From Clostridiales bacterium (GTDB lineage Bacteria; Bacillota; Clostridia; Oscillospirales; CAG-272), in the NCBI GenBank assembly GCA_016281775.1, contig JAEEJH010000127.1, positions 1 through 56,732 on the forward strand: 56,732 nt of DNA, read 5' to 3'. The first letter of the stretch is position 1. Each line of letters begins with the position of its first letter. The notes beneath the pieces are model-generated. The model did not search any database. It saw only the letters and a program-made list of their open reading frames with translations, and was not told where the DNA came from. Both the position numbers and the translations under genes were made by a program. Of the stretch, positions 39,072-50,404 are shown one piece after another.

Positions 39072-39623
39072 ATGGACGATCAGGCTACAAATTACGTTGA
39101 ATATTCGGTAGATAAAAAGGTCGAGGCGGCTGATAAACTCAAACGCGCTCTGTATTTCACGCTCATCGGCGTTATCATGATCGCGCTCGTACTGGTGCTC
39201 GTAAAATTCGGCGGCCCTTTCATTTACGTTACGCCGCTTATACTCATTATCGGCGTTCCGCTCGCAAAATTCTTTTTCAGATATCTGCAGTATGAATACA
39301 AATATACAGTCGACAGAAGCAGCTTCAAAATGGAACTGATACACGGCAAGGCGAAGCCGAAGCTGTTATACGAAACGGACGTGAAAGATATGGAATTCGC
39401 CGTGCCGTACGACGATATCAACCGCGACAAATATCCCGACCGCGATTTCGACACGGTCGTAAAATGCGCCGAGAGCATGACAACGCCTGACTTATACATA
39501 CTCGCCTTCAAAGACAAAAACGGCAAACGCGTACTGATGTACTTCAACGCCTGCCACAAGGCGCTCAAAATAATGAATTACTACAACAAAAAAATCATAA
39601 TTTCACCGTCGCTCAGGCATTAA
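39072..39623 (+). CDS. Two-TM membrane protein, DUF6106-like
   Basis: Start revised to 39072; two TM helices, then YEYKYT..F.MELI.GKAK.K. Confidence 0.7.
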   Translation: MDDQATNYVEYSVDKKVEAADKLKRALYFTLIGVIMIALVLVLVKFGGPFIYVTPLILIIGVPLAKFFFRYLQYEYKYTVDRSSFKMELIHGKAKPKLLYETDVKDMEFAVPYDDINRDKYPDRDFDTVVKCAESMTTPDLYILAFKDKNGKRVLMYFNACHKALKIMNYYNKKIIISPSLRH

Positions 39624-39675
39624 AACGTACCGTTATTCATACAGTATATCAAAAATACTGTATGGAGATACGACG

Positions 39676-40212
39676 ATGAAAAAACTGACTGCGGCCGTTA
39701 TCATTCTTTTTATTACTTTGCTCTTCTCTTCCTGCGGGTCGGCTTCTTATTACAGGGAAGCCGCCTCCGTATTCGATTCGCCTTACAGCGCCTGCGCACG
39801 CATAGCCGACGGCGGCGAGATATACGAAGCGAAGATTGATCGAGACGAAGACGGAGTCGTCACGATCGAATTTCTCGAGCCCTCGCTTTTATGCGGCATA
39901 AGTTACGGTTTCGACGGTGAAGAATACCGTCTGTCATACGGCGGCGTTTCGCTCAAGCTTGACGGCGGTGCCGAAGACAAGGTCTCGGACGGCGTTTACG
40001 TCTGGTACGGGATGCTCTCGCCCGACATAGCGTCGGTGACGGGGAGAAAAGTCAAAAACGCAGACAAGACGTATAACGTTCTGACGGACGGGCAGACCGA
40101 GTATACGCTCGACGCAAAGACCGGCGCACCGGTACTCGTCACACGGGGCGATACGGCGATATCATTTACGGAGTTTGAAAATCATGCCGAACTACCCGAA
40201 GGTACGGGCTGA
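39676..40212 (+). CDS. Hypothetical lipoprotein (LolA/GerS-like position upstream of alr)
   Basis: Lipobox LFSSC; IEFLEPSLLCG; the GerS resemblance rests on gene context only. Confidence 0.6.
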   Translation: MKKLTAAVIILFITLLFSSCGSASYYREAASVFDSPYSACARIADGGEIYEAKIDRDEDGVVTIEFLEPSLLCGISYGFDGEEYRLSYGGVSLKLDGGAEDKVSDGVYVWYGMLSPDIASVTGRKVKNADKTYNVLTDGQTEYTLDAKTGAPVLVTRGDTAISFTEFENHAELPEGTG

Positions 40213-41281
40213 GATCAAAAGATCGGCCCTCGAAAACAACTATGAACTGATAGGCCGTCTGACCGGTAAGCCTCAGATCGCCGTCGTAAAGGCGGACTGT
40301 TACGGTCACGGTATAGAATGCGCGGGAGTGTTTTACGATCGCGGCTGCCGCGTTTTCGCCGTTTCCGGCACGGGCGAGGCGATATCTCTGCGCGAATTCT
40401 TCAACGGCAGAGGCGAGGCGCCGGAAATACTGATACTCGGCTACGTGAACCCGAAAGACGTTCCGGCGCTGATCGATAACGACGTGATAACCGCGATGTT
40501 CAGCAGCGAATACGCAGAACTCTGCCGCGATAACGTTCCCGCGGGCAAAAAACTGCGCGTGCATATAAAGATCAATACCGGAATGAACCGCATCGGTTTC
40601 GACGAGAATGAAATAAAAGACGCGTTTCACGTCTGCCGTATGAAAGAATTTTCGGTCGAAGGCGCGTTCACGCATTTCGCTTGCGCGGATGAAGAGGCCG
40701 AGGCGCCGACGGTTTATCAGCGCGCGCGTTTCGACAAAGCGGTCGCGGAGCTGAAACAAAGCGGCGCGGAGCTGAAACTGATACACGCGTACAACAGCGC
40801 GGCGAGTCTGAGATTCAAGCCGGAATACGACGCGGTACGCTCGGGCGTCGTACTGTACGGCATGGCTCCGTCCGACGTCGTTTCGCACGGCGGCCTGCAG
40901 CCCGTAATGACGCTCAAGACCGAGGTCGCGCAGGTAAGGACGCTTCACAAAGGCGACCGCGTTTCTTACGGCTGGGAATTCGAAGCGCCCGGTACGATGC
41001 AGGCGGCGACGCTGCCTGTCGGCTATGCGGACGGCTATATAAGAGCGTACCGCGGCGGCTACGCTTTGATACACGGCAAAAAAGCGCCGATCATCGGACG
41101 TATATGTATGGATCAGCTCATGGTCGACGTTACAGATACAGCTAACGTAAAATGCGGAGACGAAGCCGTTATGCTCGGCGGTGGAGGGATCAGCGCGGAC
41201 GAGCTTGCGGCGCTTTCGAATACGATAAATTACGAGGTGACGTGTCTTATATCGAAGCGCGTCAGAAGGATACTTGTATGA
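40184..41281 (+). CDS. alr: Alanine racemase
   Basis: AVVKADCYGHG (PLP Lys), HIKINTGMNRIG, FTHFACAD, RSGVVLYG, VSYG, GYADG, GRICMDQ, TINYE. Confidence 0.95.
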   Translation: MPNYPKVRAEIKRSALENNYELIGRLTGKPQIAVVKADCYGHGIECAGVFYDRGCRVFAVSGTGEAISLREFFNGRGEAPEILILGYVNPKDVPALIDNDVITAMFSSEYAELCRDNVPAGKKLRVHIKINTGMNRIGFDENEIKDAFHVCRMKEFSVEGAFTHFACADEEAEAPTVYQRARFDKAVAELKQSGAELKLIHAYNSAASLRFKPEYDAVRSGVVLYGMAPSDVVSHGGLQPVMTLKTEVAQVRTLHKGDRVSYGWEFEAPGTMQAATLPVGYADGYIRAYRGGYALIHGKKAPIIGRICMDQLMVDVTDTANVKCGDEAVMLGGGGISADELAALSNTINYEVTCLISKRVRRILV

Positions 41282-41877
41282 AACGTCTGATCTGCCTTGT
41301 TTTGCCGCTTATTATCCTCTTCTGCTCGTGCGCGCAGAATGCTCCGCACACGGCAAAAACCGAAGAACCCGGCACGTCGGGCAAAATAACGGCCGCCGAA
41401 ACGTCAGCCGTAACGGAAGAACAGACGGACAAGCCTCTGCCGGATAACGTGACGGAAGAAGACGGAGTGCTCGTCTATCACGCGAAGGATTACGTCATCA
41501 GATATCCGAAAGGTTTTAACGCGGTCTACGACGGCGGTAAGCTGACTCTGTCGCCTGAATCCGGCAAGGGGCGGTACGTAACGGTCGAACCGACGGATAT
41601 ACCTTTTTCCGACAGGCTGTCGGCAAAAGAAACCGCCGAAGCCGTCGCCGTGTCGCTCTCGGCGACTCTTACGGACGGGCCCGAGACTATGGAACTCGGC
41701 GGAGCGTATTGCGTGCGTTTCGGAATGCTGTCCGGCGGTGCGTACGTGACCGGCTATATCTGCCGCGCCGGCGGCCCGGTGTATATAATGTGCGCCGGTA
41801 CCGAAGATAAAGAAGACGATCTGCCCGTGCGAATAGCGCAGACCGTAAAATTCAATATAAAGGAGAACGCGCAATGA
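41278..41877 (+). CDS. Hypothetical lipoprotein
   Basis: Start revised to 41278 (ATGA overlap); lipobox LFCSC, T/E-rich linker. Confidence 0.72.
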   Translation: MKRLICLVLPLIILFCSCAQNAPHTAKTEEPGTSGKITAAETSAVTEEQTDKPLPDNVTEEDGVLVYHAKDYVIRYPKGFNAVYDGGKLTLSPESGKGRYVTVEPTDIPFSDRLSAKETAEAVAVSLSATLTDGPETMELGGAYCVRFGMLSGGAYVTGYICRAGGPVYIMCAGTEDKEDDLPVRIAQTVKFNIKENAQ

Positions 41878-43307
41878 AACGATTCCCCGGTGAAGCAATA
41901 TCAGACAGACCCATGGAATGTCAGACCGACTGCGGCTGGTTCGACGACGTGCGCCGTATAAACGGCTTTATAGACCTGCGCAGATACGAAGACGACAAAA
42001 CGGTGCTGAAAAATCCCCACAAGGGGTGGTTCTGGCACTTTATCGACAACGGTCTCCGTTCGCCGATCTACCGCAACAGAACGAAAAAAGGCGATCACGC
42101 AGAGTATTTTCCCGGTATGAACCATCTTTACCTGCGTTTCGACTGGTCTGACGTTGAAAAAGAAGAAGACGTTTACGATTTCGGCTTTCTCGACGATATA
42201 ATGGACGAGTGGTCCGCGTACGGCTACCGTTTCCAGCTCCGCGTCGTCTGCTACGAATCGTCGCCCGGTATGGATTTCGCGACGCCCGAATACGTTTTCA
42301 AAAACGGCGCGCGCTGTTATAAGATACCCGACCGCAACTATCAGCCGGATTACGCCGACGAATACTTTTTGTCGCGCGTCGATAAATTCTTATCGAAGCT
42401 CGGCGAAAAATACAATAACGACGACAGAATAGAGCTGATCGATATCGGTACCTACGGCACGTGGGGCGAAGGCCACACGGTCGAGGGCGAAAACGCGGTT
42501 TACCCGGTCGAGACGATCAAGAAGCATATAGATATGCATATAAAACATTTCCCGGACAAGTTCGTCATTTGCAACGACGACCATATAGTCGGCAGGATCG
42601 CGCACGGCGGCTGTCAGGAGATACTCGATTACGCCTACGAGCGCGGGCTCGGACTTCAGGACGATTCGATCTGCTGCGACTATTATTCGGTCGTCAACGG
42701 CTACGATACGATGAGAGCGACGTGGGCTTTCAGAAAGCTCGCGGACAGAGCGCCGTCGGTCATAGAATTCGCGCATTACGGTTATATACACCCGCAGTTT
42801 GAAGATTTTTACCGCAACGGGCTGACGATAGTCGAGTGTCTTAAGAATTCGAAAGCGACCTTCGCCGGCTTCCACGGCTACCCGGATATATTTTATAAAA
42901 GCGATAAATGGCTCGCCGAATACTGCGCGAACAGGCTCGGCTACTGGTATTTCGTACCGTCGGCAGTCGTGCCGGAGCTTACCGCGTCAAATCACAACCG
43001 CGTGAGCGTTACCGTCAAAAACAAAGGCTGGAGCAAGGCTTACCACGAAAAAAGGATAGTTTTCGCCGTGACGGGCGAAGACGGAACGGTCTATAAGTCC
43101 GAGACCGGCGCGAAAATCGACGCGCTCGATACCGAAGAAGAAGCCGTTTACACGGTCAATCTCGATCTGCGCGGCGTACCGGGAGGCGAATATTCGGTCT
43201 GTATCGGCGTTTTCGAAGGCGATACTCCGATAAAACTCGCGCTCAAGGACGAGATCAAACGCGGCGATTTTTACGAGATCGCAAAGAGGACGGTAAGGGC
43301 TCTGTAA
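41874..43307 (+). CDS. Glycoside-hydrolase-like protein with a DUF4832-like C-terminus
   Basis: LKNPHKGW, YLRFDWSDVE, GTYGTWGEGH, NRLGYWY..NKGW; no signal peptide. Confidence 0.7.
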   Translation: MKRFPGEAISDRPMECQTDCGWFDDVRRINGFIDLRRYEDDKTVLKNPHKGWFWHFIDNGLRSPIYRNRTKKGDHAEYFPGMNHLYLRFDWSDVEKEEDVYDFGFLDDIMDEWSAYGYRFQLRVVCYESSPGMDFATPEYVFKNGARCYKIPDRNYQPDYADEYFLSRVDKFLSKLGEKYNNDDRIELIDIGTYGTWGEGHTVEGENAVYPVETIKKHIDMHIKHFPDKFVICNDDHIVGRIAHGGCQEILDYAYERGLGLQDDSICCDYYSVVNGYDTMRATWAFRKLADRAPSVIEFAHYGYIHPQFEDFYRNGLTIVECLKNSKATFAGFHGYPDIFYKSDKWLAEYCANRLGYWYFVPSAVVPELTASNHNRVSVTVKNKGWSKAYHEKRIVFAVTGEDGTVYKSETGAKIDALDTEEEAVYTVNLDLRGVPGGEYSVCIGVFEGDTPIKLALKDEIKRGDFYEIAKRTVRAL

Positions 43308-43325
43308 TACGTTTTCGGAGATAAT

Positions 43326-44024
43326 ATGGCTTTATTTTACATCGCCGACCTGCATCTTTCGTTGAACGACGAAAGCAAAAGCATGAGCGTTTTCGGCGGA
43401 AGATGGAAAGATTACGAACAAAAGATAGAACGCGAATGGAGAGCCGCCGTGAAAAACGAAGATACCGTCATTCTCGGCGGCGATCTGTCGTGGGCGATGA
43501 CTCTGCCGGCGGCGCTGCCCGATTTCGCGTTCATCGATTCCCTGCCCGGGCGCAAGATCGTGCTCGAGGGCAATCACGATTTTTACTGGAACAGTCTGAA
43601 GAAGATGAAACAGTTCTGCGCCGACAACGGCTTTTCGTTTGAGTTTTTGCGAAACAACGCGTTTTCCGTCGAAGGCGTAGCCGTCTGCGGCAGCCGCGGC
43701 TGGTACACCGACGACAAGGTGATACCCGAGACGAACGCCGACAGCAGGAAGATAATCGCCCGCGAAGCGGGAAGGCTCAGAGCTTCACTTAACGCCGGCA
43801 AAGAACTCGGCGAACCAGTCGTATTCATGCACTTTCCGCCCGTTTTCGGCAAGTACAAATGCGAAGAATTCATTGATATAATGCTGCAATACGGAGTGAA
43901 GGACTGTTATTTCGGTCACATCCACGGCAAATACGACGCGCCGCCGGTCGAGTATTACCGCGGTATAGCGTTTCACTTCGCCGCGGCGGATTTTCTGTTC
44001 TTCAAGCCGCTCAAGGTCAACTGA
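43326..44024 (+). CDS. Calcineurin-like metallophosphoesterase
   Basis: IADLHLS, GGDLSW, EGNHDFYW, MHFPP, FGHIH. Confidence 0.9.
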   Translation: MALFYIADLHLSLNDESKSMSVFGGRWKDYEQKIEREWRAAVKNEDTVILGGDLSWAMTLPAALPDFAFIDSLPGRKIVLEGNHDFYWNSLKKMKQFCADNGFSFEFLRNNAFSVEGVAVCGSRGWYTDDKVIPETNADSRKIIAREAGRLRASLNAGKELGEPVVFMHFPPVFGKYKCEEFIDIMLQYGVKDCYFGHIHGKYDAPPVEYYRGIAFHFAAADFLFFKPLKVN

Positions 44025-44027
44025 AAT

Positions 44028-44051
44028 TCGGCTCGCTTGAGCCGATTTTTT
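44028..44051 (+). terminator. Intrinsic terminator
   Basis: TCGGCTC-GCTT-GAGCCGA followed by T6. Confidence 0.8.
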
Positions 44052-44189
44052 ATTTTACGCGCGCCCCTCGACGAAGCCGTGGAAAGATTAATAAATTATA
44101 AATTTTTACAAATATAAGTTGACAAATAATTTATTGCGAGTAAAATAATAATGTTATAATATGTCTAAAGACGAAAGGAACATTTCAAA

Positions 44190-45482
44190 ATGAGTTTCAA
44201 ATCAGTATCAGAACCCGAAAAGAACGTAAGAGTTATCGAATTTAACTGCGACAGAGCGACTTTCGACGCCGCAGTTCACGAAGTATATCTTCGCAAAGTG
44301 AAAAAAATGTCCGTACCGGGTTTCCGTCCCGGCAAGGCTCCGCAGAGCTTCGTTGAGAAAATATACGGCAAGGGCGTATTCTATGAAGACGCGATAAACG
44401 ATCTTATACCGCAGCTCTGGCCCGACGCGCTCAAAGAATCGGGACTTGAACCGGTAAGCCGTCCCGAGTTCGACATGGTTGACCTGAACGAAGAAGGTCT
44501 TACCCTCTCGGCAAAATTCTACGTAAAACCCGAGGTCACCGTTGAAGGCTACAAGGGCATCGAAGCCGAAAAGAAGGTCGGCGAGATCACCGAAGAAGCG
44601 ATCAACTCCGAGATCGATTCCGTAAGAGAAAGAAACGCGAGATCGATCGAGATCACCGACCGCCCAGCCAAACTCGGCGACACGGTAACGCTCGATTACT
44701 CCGGCTCCGTCGACGGCGAGCTTTTCGACGGCGGCACGGCTGAAAAACAGCCGCTTGAGCTCGGCTCCGGTCACTTCATCCCCGGTTTCGAAGATCAGTG
44801 CGTAGGCAAGAGCATCGATGAAGATTTCGTCGTATCCGTAACGTTCCCCGAAGATTACGGCGCCGAGAATCTCGCCGGCAAAGCCGCCGAATTCAAATGC
44901 AAGATCCACGCGATCACCGAAAAACAGCTGCCCGATCTTGACGCGGACTTCGTAGCCGACGTATCCGATTTCGAGACCGTCGATGAATATAAAGCCGACG
45001 TTAAGGCAAAACTCGAAAAAAGAGAAGCAGAACGCGCCGAGAACGAATTCAAGGACGCCGTTACCGAAAAACTGATCGCTCTCATCGTCGCCGACATCCC
45101 CGCCGTGATGATCGACAACGAGGTCGCCATGGAGATACAGAGCTACGACAACAGACTCAGATCCCAGGGGCTCTCGCTCGATATGTACCTCAAATACACG
45201 GGCATGACGATAGAACAGATGGAAGAACAGTTCAGGCCGAACGCCGAAAAGCAGGTCAGACTGCGCCTCGGCCTTGAAAAGATCGCAGAACTCGAGAATA
45301 TCGAAGTAAGCGACGAAGAGATCGAAGAAGAATACGCAAACATAGCGAAAACATATAATATGGAAGCCGAAGAAGTCAAGGCGAGGATCCTTGCCGACGA
45401 CATCCGCGCCGACCTCAGAGTCAAAAAGGCGATAGAGCTCGTCGAGGCGGCGGCAGTACCGCCGGCTTCCGACGCTGAATGA
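44190..45482 (+). CDS. tig: Trigger factor
   Basis: [50 protein letters not shown]. Confidence 0.97.
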   Translation: MSFKSVSEPEKNVRVIEFNCDRATFDAAVHEVYLRKVKKMSVPGFRPGKAPQSFVEKIYGKGVFYEDAINDLIPQLWPDALKESGLEPVSRPEFDMVDLNEEGLTLSAKFYVKPEVTVEGYKGIEAEKKVGEITEEAINSEIDSVRERNARSIEITDRPAKLGDTVTLDYSGSVDGELFDGGTAEKQPLELGSGHFIPGFEDQCVGKSIDEDFVVSVTFPEDYGAENLAGKAAEFKCKIHAITEKQLPDLDADFVADVSDFETVDEYKADVKAKLEKREAERAENEFKDAVTEKLIALIVADIPAVMIDNEVAMEIQSYDNRLRSQGLSLDMYLKYTGMTIEQMEEQFRPNAEKQVRLRLGLEKIAELENIEVSDEEIEEEYANIAKTYNMEAEEVKARILADDIRADLRVKKAIELVEAAAVPPASDAE

Positions 45483-45495
45483 TCAAGGAGGCATC

Positions 45496-46107
45496 ATGAC
45501 AGAAAAATTTGACCGTAACACGACAGTACCGATAGTAGTCGAGCAGACCAACAGAGGCGAACGCAGCTACGATATCTTTTCGAGACTGCTTATCGACCGT
45601 ATCGTCTATCTCGGCGAAGAAGTAAACAGCGCGACCGCTTCGGTCATCATCGCGGAGCTTTTGTTCCTCGAAGCGCAGGACCCCGATAAAGACATATTCT
45701 TCTACATCAACAGCCCCGGCGGATCGGTCTCCGACGGTCTCGCGATATACGATACGATGAATTACATCAAATGCGACGTCAGCACGATCTGCGTAGGCAT
45801 GGCGGCGAGCATGGGCGCTTTTCTGCTCTCCTCCGGCGCCAAGGGCAAGCGCCTTGCGCTGCCGAACAGCACGATAATGATCCATCAGCCGTCCGCCGGC
45901 ACGCAGGGTCAGATAACCGATATGCAGCTTCATCTCGAATACTACAAGAAGAATAAAGAAAGGCTCAACAGAATACTTGCCGCGAACACCGGCAAGAGCT
46001 ACGAGCAGATCTGCGCCGACACGGAGCGCGATAACTTCATGTTTGCCGAAGAAGCTCTCGAATACGGGCTTTTCGACAAGATAGTTTCAAACAAAAAGGT
46101 GAACTGA
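45496..46107 (+). CDS. clpP: ATP-dependent Clp protease proteolytic subunit
   Basis: [25 protein letters not shown] (Ser), MIHQP (His), ERD (Asp). Confidence 0.97.
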   Translation: MTEKFDRNTTVPIVVEQTNRGERSYDIFSRLLIDRIVYLGEEVNSATASVIIAELLFLEAQDPDKDIFFYINSPGGSVSDGLAIYDTMNYIKCDVSTICVGMAASMGAFLLSSGAKGKRLALPNSTIMIHQPSAGTQGQITDMQLHLEYYKKNKERLNRILAANTGKSYEQICADTERDNFMFAEEALEYGLFDKIVSNKKVN

Positions 46108-47396
46108 TGGCAACATCAAAAAGAAATCAGGTACACTGCTCTTTCTGCGGCAGAAGCAGCGAAGACGTTTCGTTCATCATCCCGTCCCCTATCAGCACCG
46201 CTTATATATGCAATTACTGCATAGATACGTGCAGCGAACTGATAGAAAGCGATTACGATGAGATAAAGGGCGGCAAGGATGAGGGCGGCAAGCTGTCGTT
46301 TGATTCTCTGCCCACGCCTCACGAGCTTAAAAAGACGCTTGACGAATACGTAATCGGGCAGGATCAGGCTAAAAAAGTCCTCTCCGTCGCGGTCTACAAC
46401 CACTATAAGAGGATCCTTACGAAAGCCGATAAGCCGAAAGACGGCAAAAAAGGCAAAAAGCCTGCGTCAGCCGAAGACGCGGATAAAGAGCAGGTCGATA
46501 TTCAGAAAAGCAACGTGCTGCTGCTCGGTCCGACCGGCGTAGGCAAGACATATATCGCGCAGACTCTCGCAAGAACGATGAAAGTACCGTTCGCGATAGC
46601 CGACGCGACGACGCTGACCGAAGCCGGCTACGTCGGCGAGGACGTTGAGAATATACTGCTCCGTCTCATCCAGGCGGCGGATTACGACGTGTCTCTCGCC
46701 GAAAAGGGCATAATATATATCGACGAGATCGACAAGATATCGCGCAAGAGCGAAAACCGTTCGATCACGCGCGACGTATCGGGCGAAGGCGTTCAGCAGG
46801 CGCTTCTGAAGATCCTCGAAGGTACGGTCTCAAACGTTCCTCCGCAGGGCGGGCGCAAGCATCCTAACCAGGAATTCATTCAGATAAACACCGAAAACAT
46901 CCTCTTTATCTGCGGCGGCGCGTTCGACGGGCTGTCGGAGATAATCGAGAACCGTATGGGACGTCAGTCGGTAGGCTTCGGCGCAGAAAAGCGCACGAAG
47001 GCGGAGAGACTCCGCGAGGGCGTATTTTCAAACGTCGAATCGCAGGATATAGTCAAATACGGGCTGATACCCGAGCTCGTCGGCAGACTGCCGGTCATTA
47101 CGACGCTTGAAGCGCTCGACTCGGCCGCTCTGACACGCATACTGCGCGAACCGAAAAACTCGCTCGTCAAGCAGTATACGGAGCTTCTGCGCCTCGACGG
47201 CATCGAGCTGACCTTCGACGACTCCGCGTGCGAAGAGATCGCCGCGCTCGCGATAAAGCGCAACACCGGCGCGAGAGGTCTGCGTTCGATAGTCGAATCG
47301 CTGATGCTCGACATCATGTACGACGCACCGTCGGATCACGACAAAAAGAAGATCGTCATAACAGGCGAGCTTGTCAAGGCAAAATGCGATAAATGA
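46107..47396 (+). CDS. clpX: Clp protease ATP-binding subunit ClpX
   Basis: CSFCG..C..C zinc domain, [40 protein letters not shown]. Confidence 0.97.
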   Translation: MATSKRNQVHCSFCGRSSEDVSFIIPSPISTAYICNYCIDTCSELIESDYDEIKGGKDEGGKLSFDSLPTPHELKKTLDEYVIGQDQAKKVLSVAVYNHYKRILTKADKPKDGKKGKKPASAEDADKEQVDIQKSNVLLLGPTGVGKTYIAQTLARTMKVPFAIADATTLTEAGYVGEDVENILLRLIQAADYDVSLAEKGIIYIDEIDKISRKSENRSITRDVSGEGVQQALLKILEGTVSNVPPQGGRKHPNQEFIQINTENILFICGGAFDGLSEIIENRMGRQSVGFGAEKRTKAERLREGVFSNVESQDIVKYGLIPELVGRLPVITTLEALDSAALTRILREPKNSLVKQYTELLRLDGIELTFDDSACEEIAALAIKRNTGARGLRSIVESLMLDIMYDAPSDHDKKKIVITGELVKAKCDK

Positions 47397-47399
47397 TCC

Positions 47400-47431
47400 A
47401 AAACGGACTGTTCTTATCGGCAGTCCGTTTT
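47400..47431 (+). terminator. Intrinsic terminator after clpX
   Basis: AAAACGGACTG/CAGTCCGTTTT stem. Confidence 0.8.
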
Positions 47432-47520
47432 GATATTTTTTAAAAAATCCGTTTTTTTGTGACGCACAGCGTTTTTTTGCATGTTATATAGGTGAAACGG
47501 CAATGCGTTCGGAGGACATT

Positions 47521-48072
47521 ATGGAAGATAAGGACATTGTAGAGCTGTTTTTGATGCGCAGCGAAGACGCTCTGCGTGAAGTATCCGAAAAATACGGAGC
47601 ATATCTGAAAAAAACCGCATACACGATAGTCGGCAACAATTCCGACGCCGAAGAATGCGTCAACGACACGTATTTAAGCGCCTGGAACAGCATACCGCCG
47701 CATCGACCGGAGGTGCTTTTGACCTATCTCTGCAAGCTCTGCCGCAATCACGCGCTTATGAAGCTGAGATACAACAGATCGGAAAAGCGCGGAGGCGGTA
47801 AAGCGATAAAAGCGCTTGACGAAATAGCGGAAGTCATACCGGGTCAGACCGACGATGAGGGCGAGAGCGAGGCGATCGGGCGCTGTGTACGCAATTTCGT
47901 ATATTCGCTCGATTCTGACGAGAAAAACGTGTTTTTACAGCGGTATTTCCGGTTTTACGATATAAGAACGATATCGAAAAACACCGGTTTTACGCAAAGT
48001 AAAGTCAAGATGATGCTCAAACGCAGCCGCGACAGACTGAAAATCAAGCTTGAAAGCGAGGGATTGATGTGA
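47521..48072 (+). CDS. ECF RNA polymerase sigma factor
   Basis: Start revised to 47521 (RBS GGAGGA); DAEECVNDTYLSAWNSIPP, YLCKLCRN; FLQRYF..KVKMMLKRSRDRLK. Confidence 0.92.
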   Translation: MEDKDIVELFLMRSEDALREVSEKYGAYLKKTAYTIVGNNSDAEECVNDTYLSAWNSIPPHRPEVLLTYLCKLCRNHALMKLRYNRSEKRGGGKAIKALDEIAEVIPGQTDDEGESEAIGRCVRNFVYSLDSDEKNVFLQRYFRFYDIRTISKNTGFTQSKVKMMLKRSRDRLKIKLESEGLM

Positions 48073-50399
48073 AAAAATCGGATATAATCGCCGACGCGCT
48101 CGGACAGCTCGACGAGAAGACTCTCACGATACCGGAACCGCCGACTAAAGACCCCGACCGGTATTTGCTGCCGCAGATAGTTGCATTTTTGGCAGCCGCG
48201 CTCGTATTCGTCATTTCTCTGCCCTATCTGCGTACGCTTCTGATCAGAGCTCCGGAGAGTCCCGTACCCGCCGCTTCCGGTACCGGTACCGGCGCTGACA
48301 CGGAAGAATATAAAGGTAATAACAAAACAAAATGGAAATTCATAACCGAAGGTCAGCCCGAATCCGACCCCGGCTGGAATTTCAGTACGGATAAAGTCAT
48401 AGACGCGGAGGCGCAGCCATATTTTCCGGATCTGACGATCGAAGAATGCGAAATAACCGGGCATAACGCGGCGATATTCCCCACCGTCGGCGTGCTCGAG
48501 GATTATTGGGATCGGCTTGACGGTCAGGGCTTTACAAGGCTGCAATGCGGAAACGAGAACCTGTTTTACAATAACGGCGTGCTCATACGCGAACAAAGGT
48601 GTGAAAACCCGAGAACACACACAGGCGACTGGTTTTGCGTAAACGTCTACGTTCATCGTCAGACCTCGGGCGGCGTTACCGCCGACGAAGCGATCGGGCT
48701 GATCAACGAAAACTGCCTTAAGGAAACGATAACGACGCGAGGCGGTGACAATCAGATCGTCGAAGCTGAATTCACCCATGACCCCGTTCATTTTGCCGTC
48801 GATATAACTCCTTCGGGATTTTTCGCACTTACGGGGATGCAGATATTCATATGCCCGTGGAATCTGCCGAATAATAAGTTCCCTTACGCTGTCGCGTTTT
48901 TTGTAAACGAAAACGGCGCCGTCAAAACGGATATGGGATGCGATCAGAAAATATTCGCCCAGATGTCAACCGCTTTTTACGATATCGAAACGTGTCTTTC
49001 GAAAGACGGATATTTCGGCGTGCCGGTTTTATGCGATACGGACGGTGACGGCAGCCGTGAGATGGTACTTCTTACTCCATATTCAACCTATAAGAAAAGT
49101 CAGGTTTATCTGACCGTATATGATACAGTTACGCCGGCAGTGCTTGCGAGAAGCAAAACGCTGACCTTCAAGGCAGAACATCAGAAACTTCTATACGCTG
49201 AAGGCGGTCACGCTGTGCTTCACAGCAGCTCAGACGACGGAGCTATAGACGAATATTTTGAAGTCAAAGTCACAGACGGTCAGATCGCGTTATACGACGA
49301 ATACGGCAAAGCGGTCGATCTCAATCTTCTGCCGGAGTCGCCGCTTGACACGGATATCAGCCCGAATGAGCCGTATAAATTCACCGTTATCGATAATGAC
49401 GACGAATTCGTCACCGAAGAGCTTGTTGACGAAAAAACGTCTCTTACACAGGATTATGATATTGACAGGGAGACCTTCACATGTCCTCTGGTATTCGACG
49501 TAGGCGGCAGAAAGTGGATCATCGAAAGCGAGTATTCTAAAAATATCGGGCTTTTTGAATACGCCGACGGTGAATTCAAAGACGCCGGAGGTTATAAATT
49601 CAGATATAACAGCCTTGCGATGCTGTATATGGCGAACAGATCGGACGGCAGAAACGTATACGCATCTTCGGGATTTACGCGTGACGGGATATACCGATAT
49701 GATTTACTGACGGGCGATGTATATACGTTTATCAAGACGAAAAATCTTTGCTCGAGCCCTTATTACGTAAACGGCGTGCTTCTTTACGTGTCGGTCAAAA
49801 ACAACGTTTACACGCTCAAAGCGGCGGTGCTGTCCGAGAAAAATATCTACCGTATATGTCAGATCAGCTCCGGCGATCATCCGTCGGTCATGCTTACCGA
49901 TAACGGAGCTTTCGCGGTGATCGGCAAAACGGTTTACTTTATGGGTCTTAACGGTAAAGTTGAAAAGATCGCCGAGCTGCCAGGCACGGGTATGATGCTT
50001 GAAACCGACGGTGAAAAACTCTATGCATACAACAGAAAAGATCATACGCTTGCGGTCGTCGACAGACGCGGAAACACGCTGACGCGTAACGTTGAGGGCG
50101 AATACGCGGAGAAAATCTGCAATTCTTCAAATGCGCCGAAATTAATAAACATATGCCGCGGCGCGCTCGTCAGCTGCTATAAGAAAGCCGACGGAAGCCT
50201 CGGTCTGTATCTGTATCACCCCGACGCCGACGCCTGGGAAGATTTAAGCTGCACGCCCGGCTTTTCGGTCAACTATTTCAGCTTCTGCGTTGAAAGCGGC
50301 AGTATATATGTTGCGGCGGCCGGAGGCGACAAGGCCTGTCTTATGATATATCCGCCCGAACAAAATACGCCGGTCATATTCACGGAACCGATACGGTAA
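48069..50399 (+). CDS. Putative anti-sigma factor with a very large extracellular, partly beta-propeller-like region
   Basis: Overlaps the ECF stop; N-terminal IADALGQLDE typical of clostridial anti-sigma factors, single TM, DTDGDG motif. Confidence 0.7.
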   Translation: MKKSDIIADALGQLDEKTLTIPEPPTKDPDRYLLPQIVAFLAAALVFVISLPYLRTLLIRAPESPVPAASGTGTGADTEEYKGNNKTKWKFITEGQPESDPGWNFSTDKVIDAEAQPYFPDLTIEECEITGHNAAIFPTVGVLEDYWDRLDGQGFTRLQCGNENLFYNNGVLIREQRCENPRTHTGDWFCVNVYVHRQTSGGVTADEAIGLINENCLKETITTRGGDNQIVEAEFTHDPVHFAVDITPSGFFALTGMQIFICPWNLPNNKFPYAVAFFVNENGAVKTDMGCDQKIFAQMSTAFYDIETCLSKDGYFGVPVLCDTDGDGSREMVLLTPYSTYKKSQVYLTVYDTVTPAVLARSKTLTFKAEHQKLLYAEGGHAVLHSSSDDGAIDEYFEVKVTDGQIALYDEYGKAVDLNLLPESPLDTDISPNEPYKFTVIDNDDEFVTEELVDEKTSLTQDYDIDRETFTCPLVFDVGGRKWIIESEYSKNIGLFEYADGEFKDAGGYKFRYNSLAMLYMANRSDGRNVYASSGFTRDGIYRYDLLTGDVYTFIKTKNLCSSPYYVNGVLLYVSVKNNVYTLKAAVLSEKNIYRICQISSGDHPSVMLTDNGAFAVIGKTVYFMGLNGKVEKIAELPGTGMMLETDGEKLYAYNRKDHTLAVVDRRGNTLTRNVEGEYAEKICNSSNAPKLINICRGALVSCYKKADGSLGLYLYHPDADAWEDLSCTPGFSVNYFSFCVESGSIYVAAAGGDKACLMIYPPEQNTPVIFTEPIR

Positions 50400-50404
50400 T
50401 GAAA

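Noticed and set aside
41278-41877. Toxin-antitoxin pair (ndoAI-ndoA) that often follows alr
   Set aside because: The gene after alr is a lipoprotein; no MazF-like sequence was seen.
44056-44189. CtsR or CIRCE heat-shock operators before tig-clpP-clpX
   Set aside because: No GGTCAAA heptad repeats or TTAGCACTC-N9-GAGTGCTAA. Only ambiguous sigmaA boxes are present (TTGACA-16-TAAAAT, and a second TATAAT at 44155).
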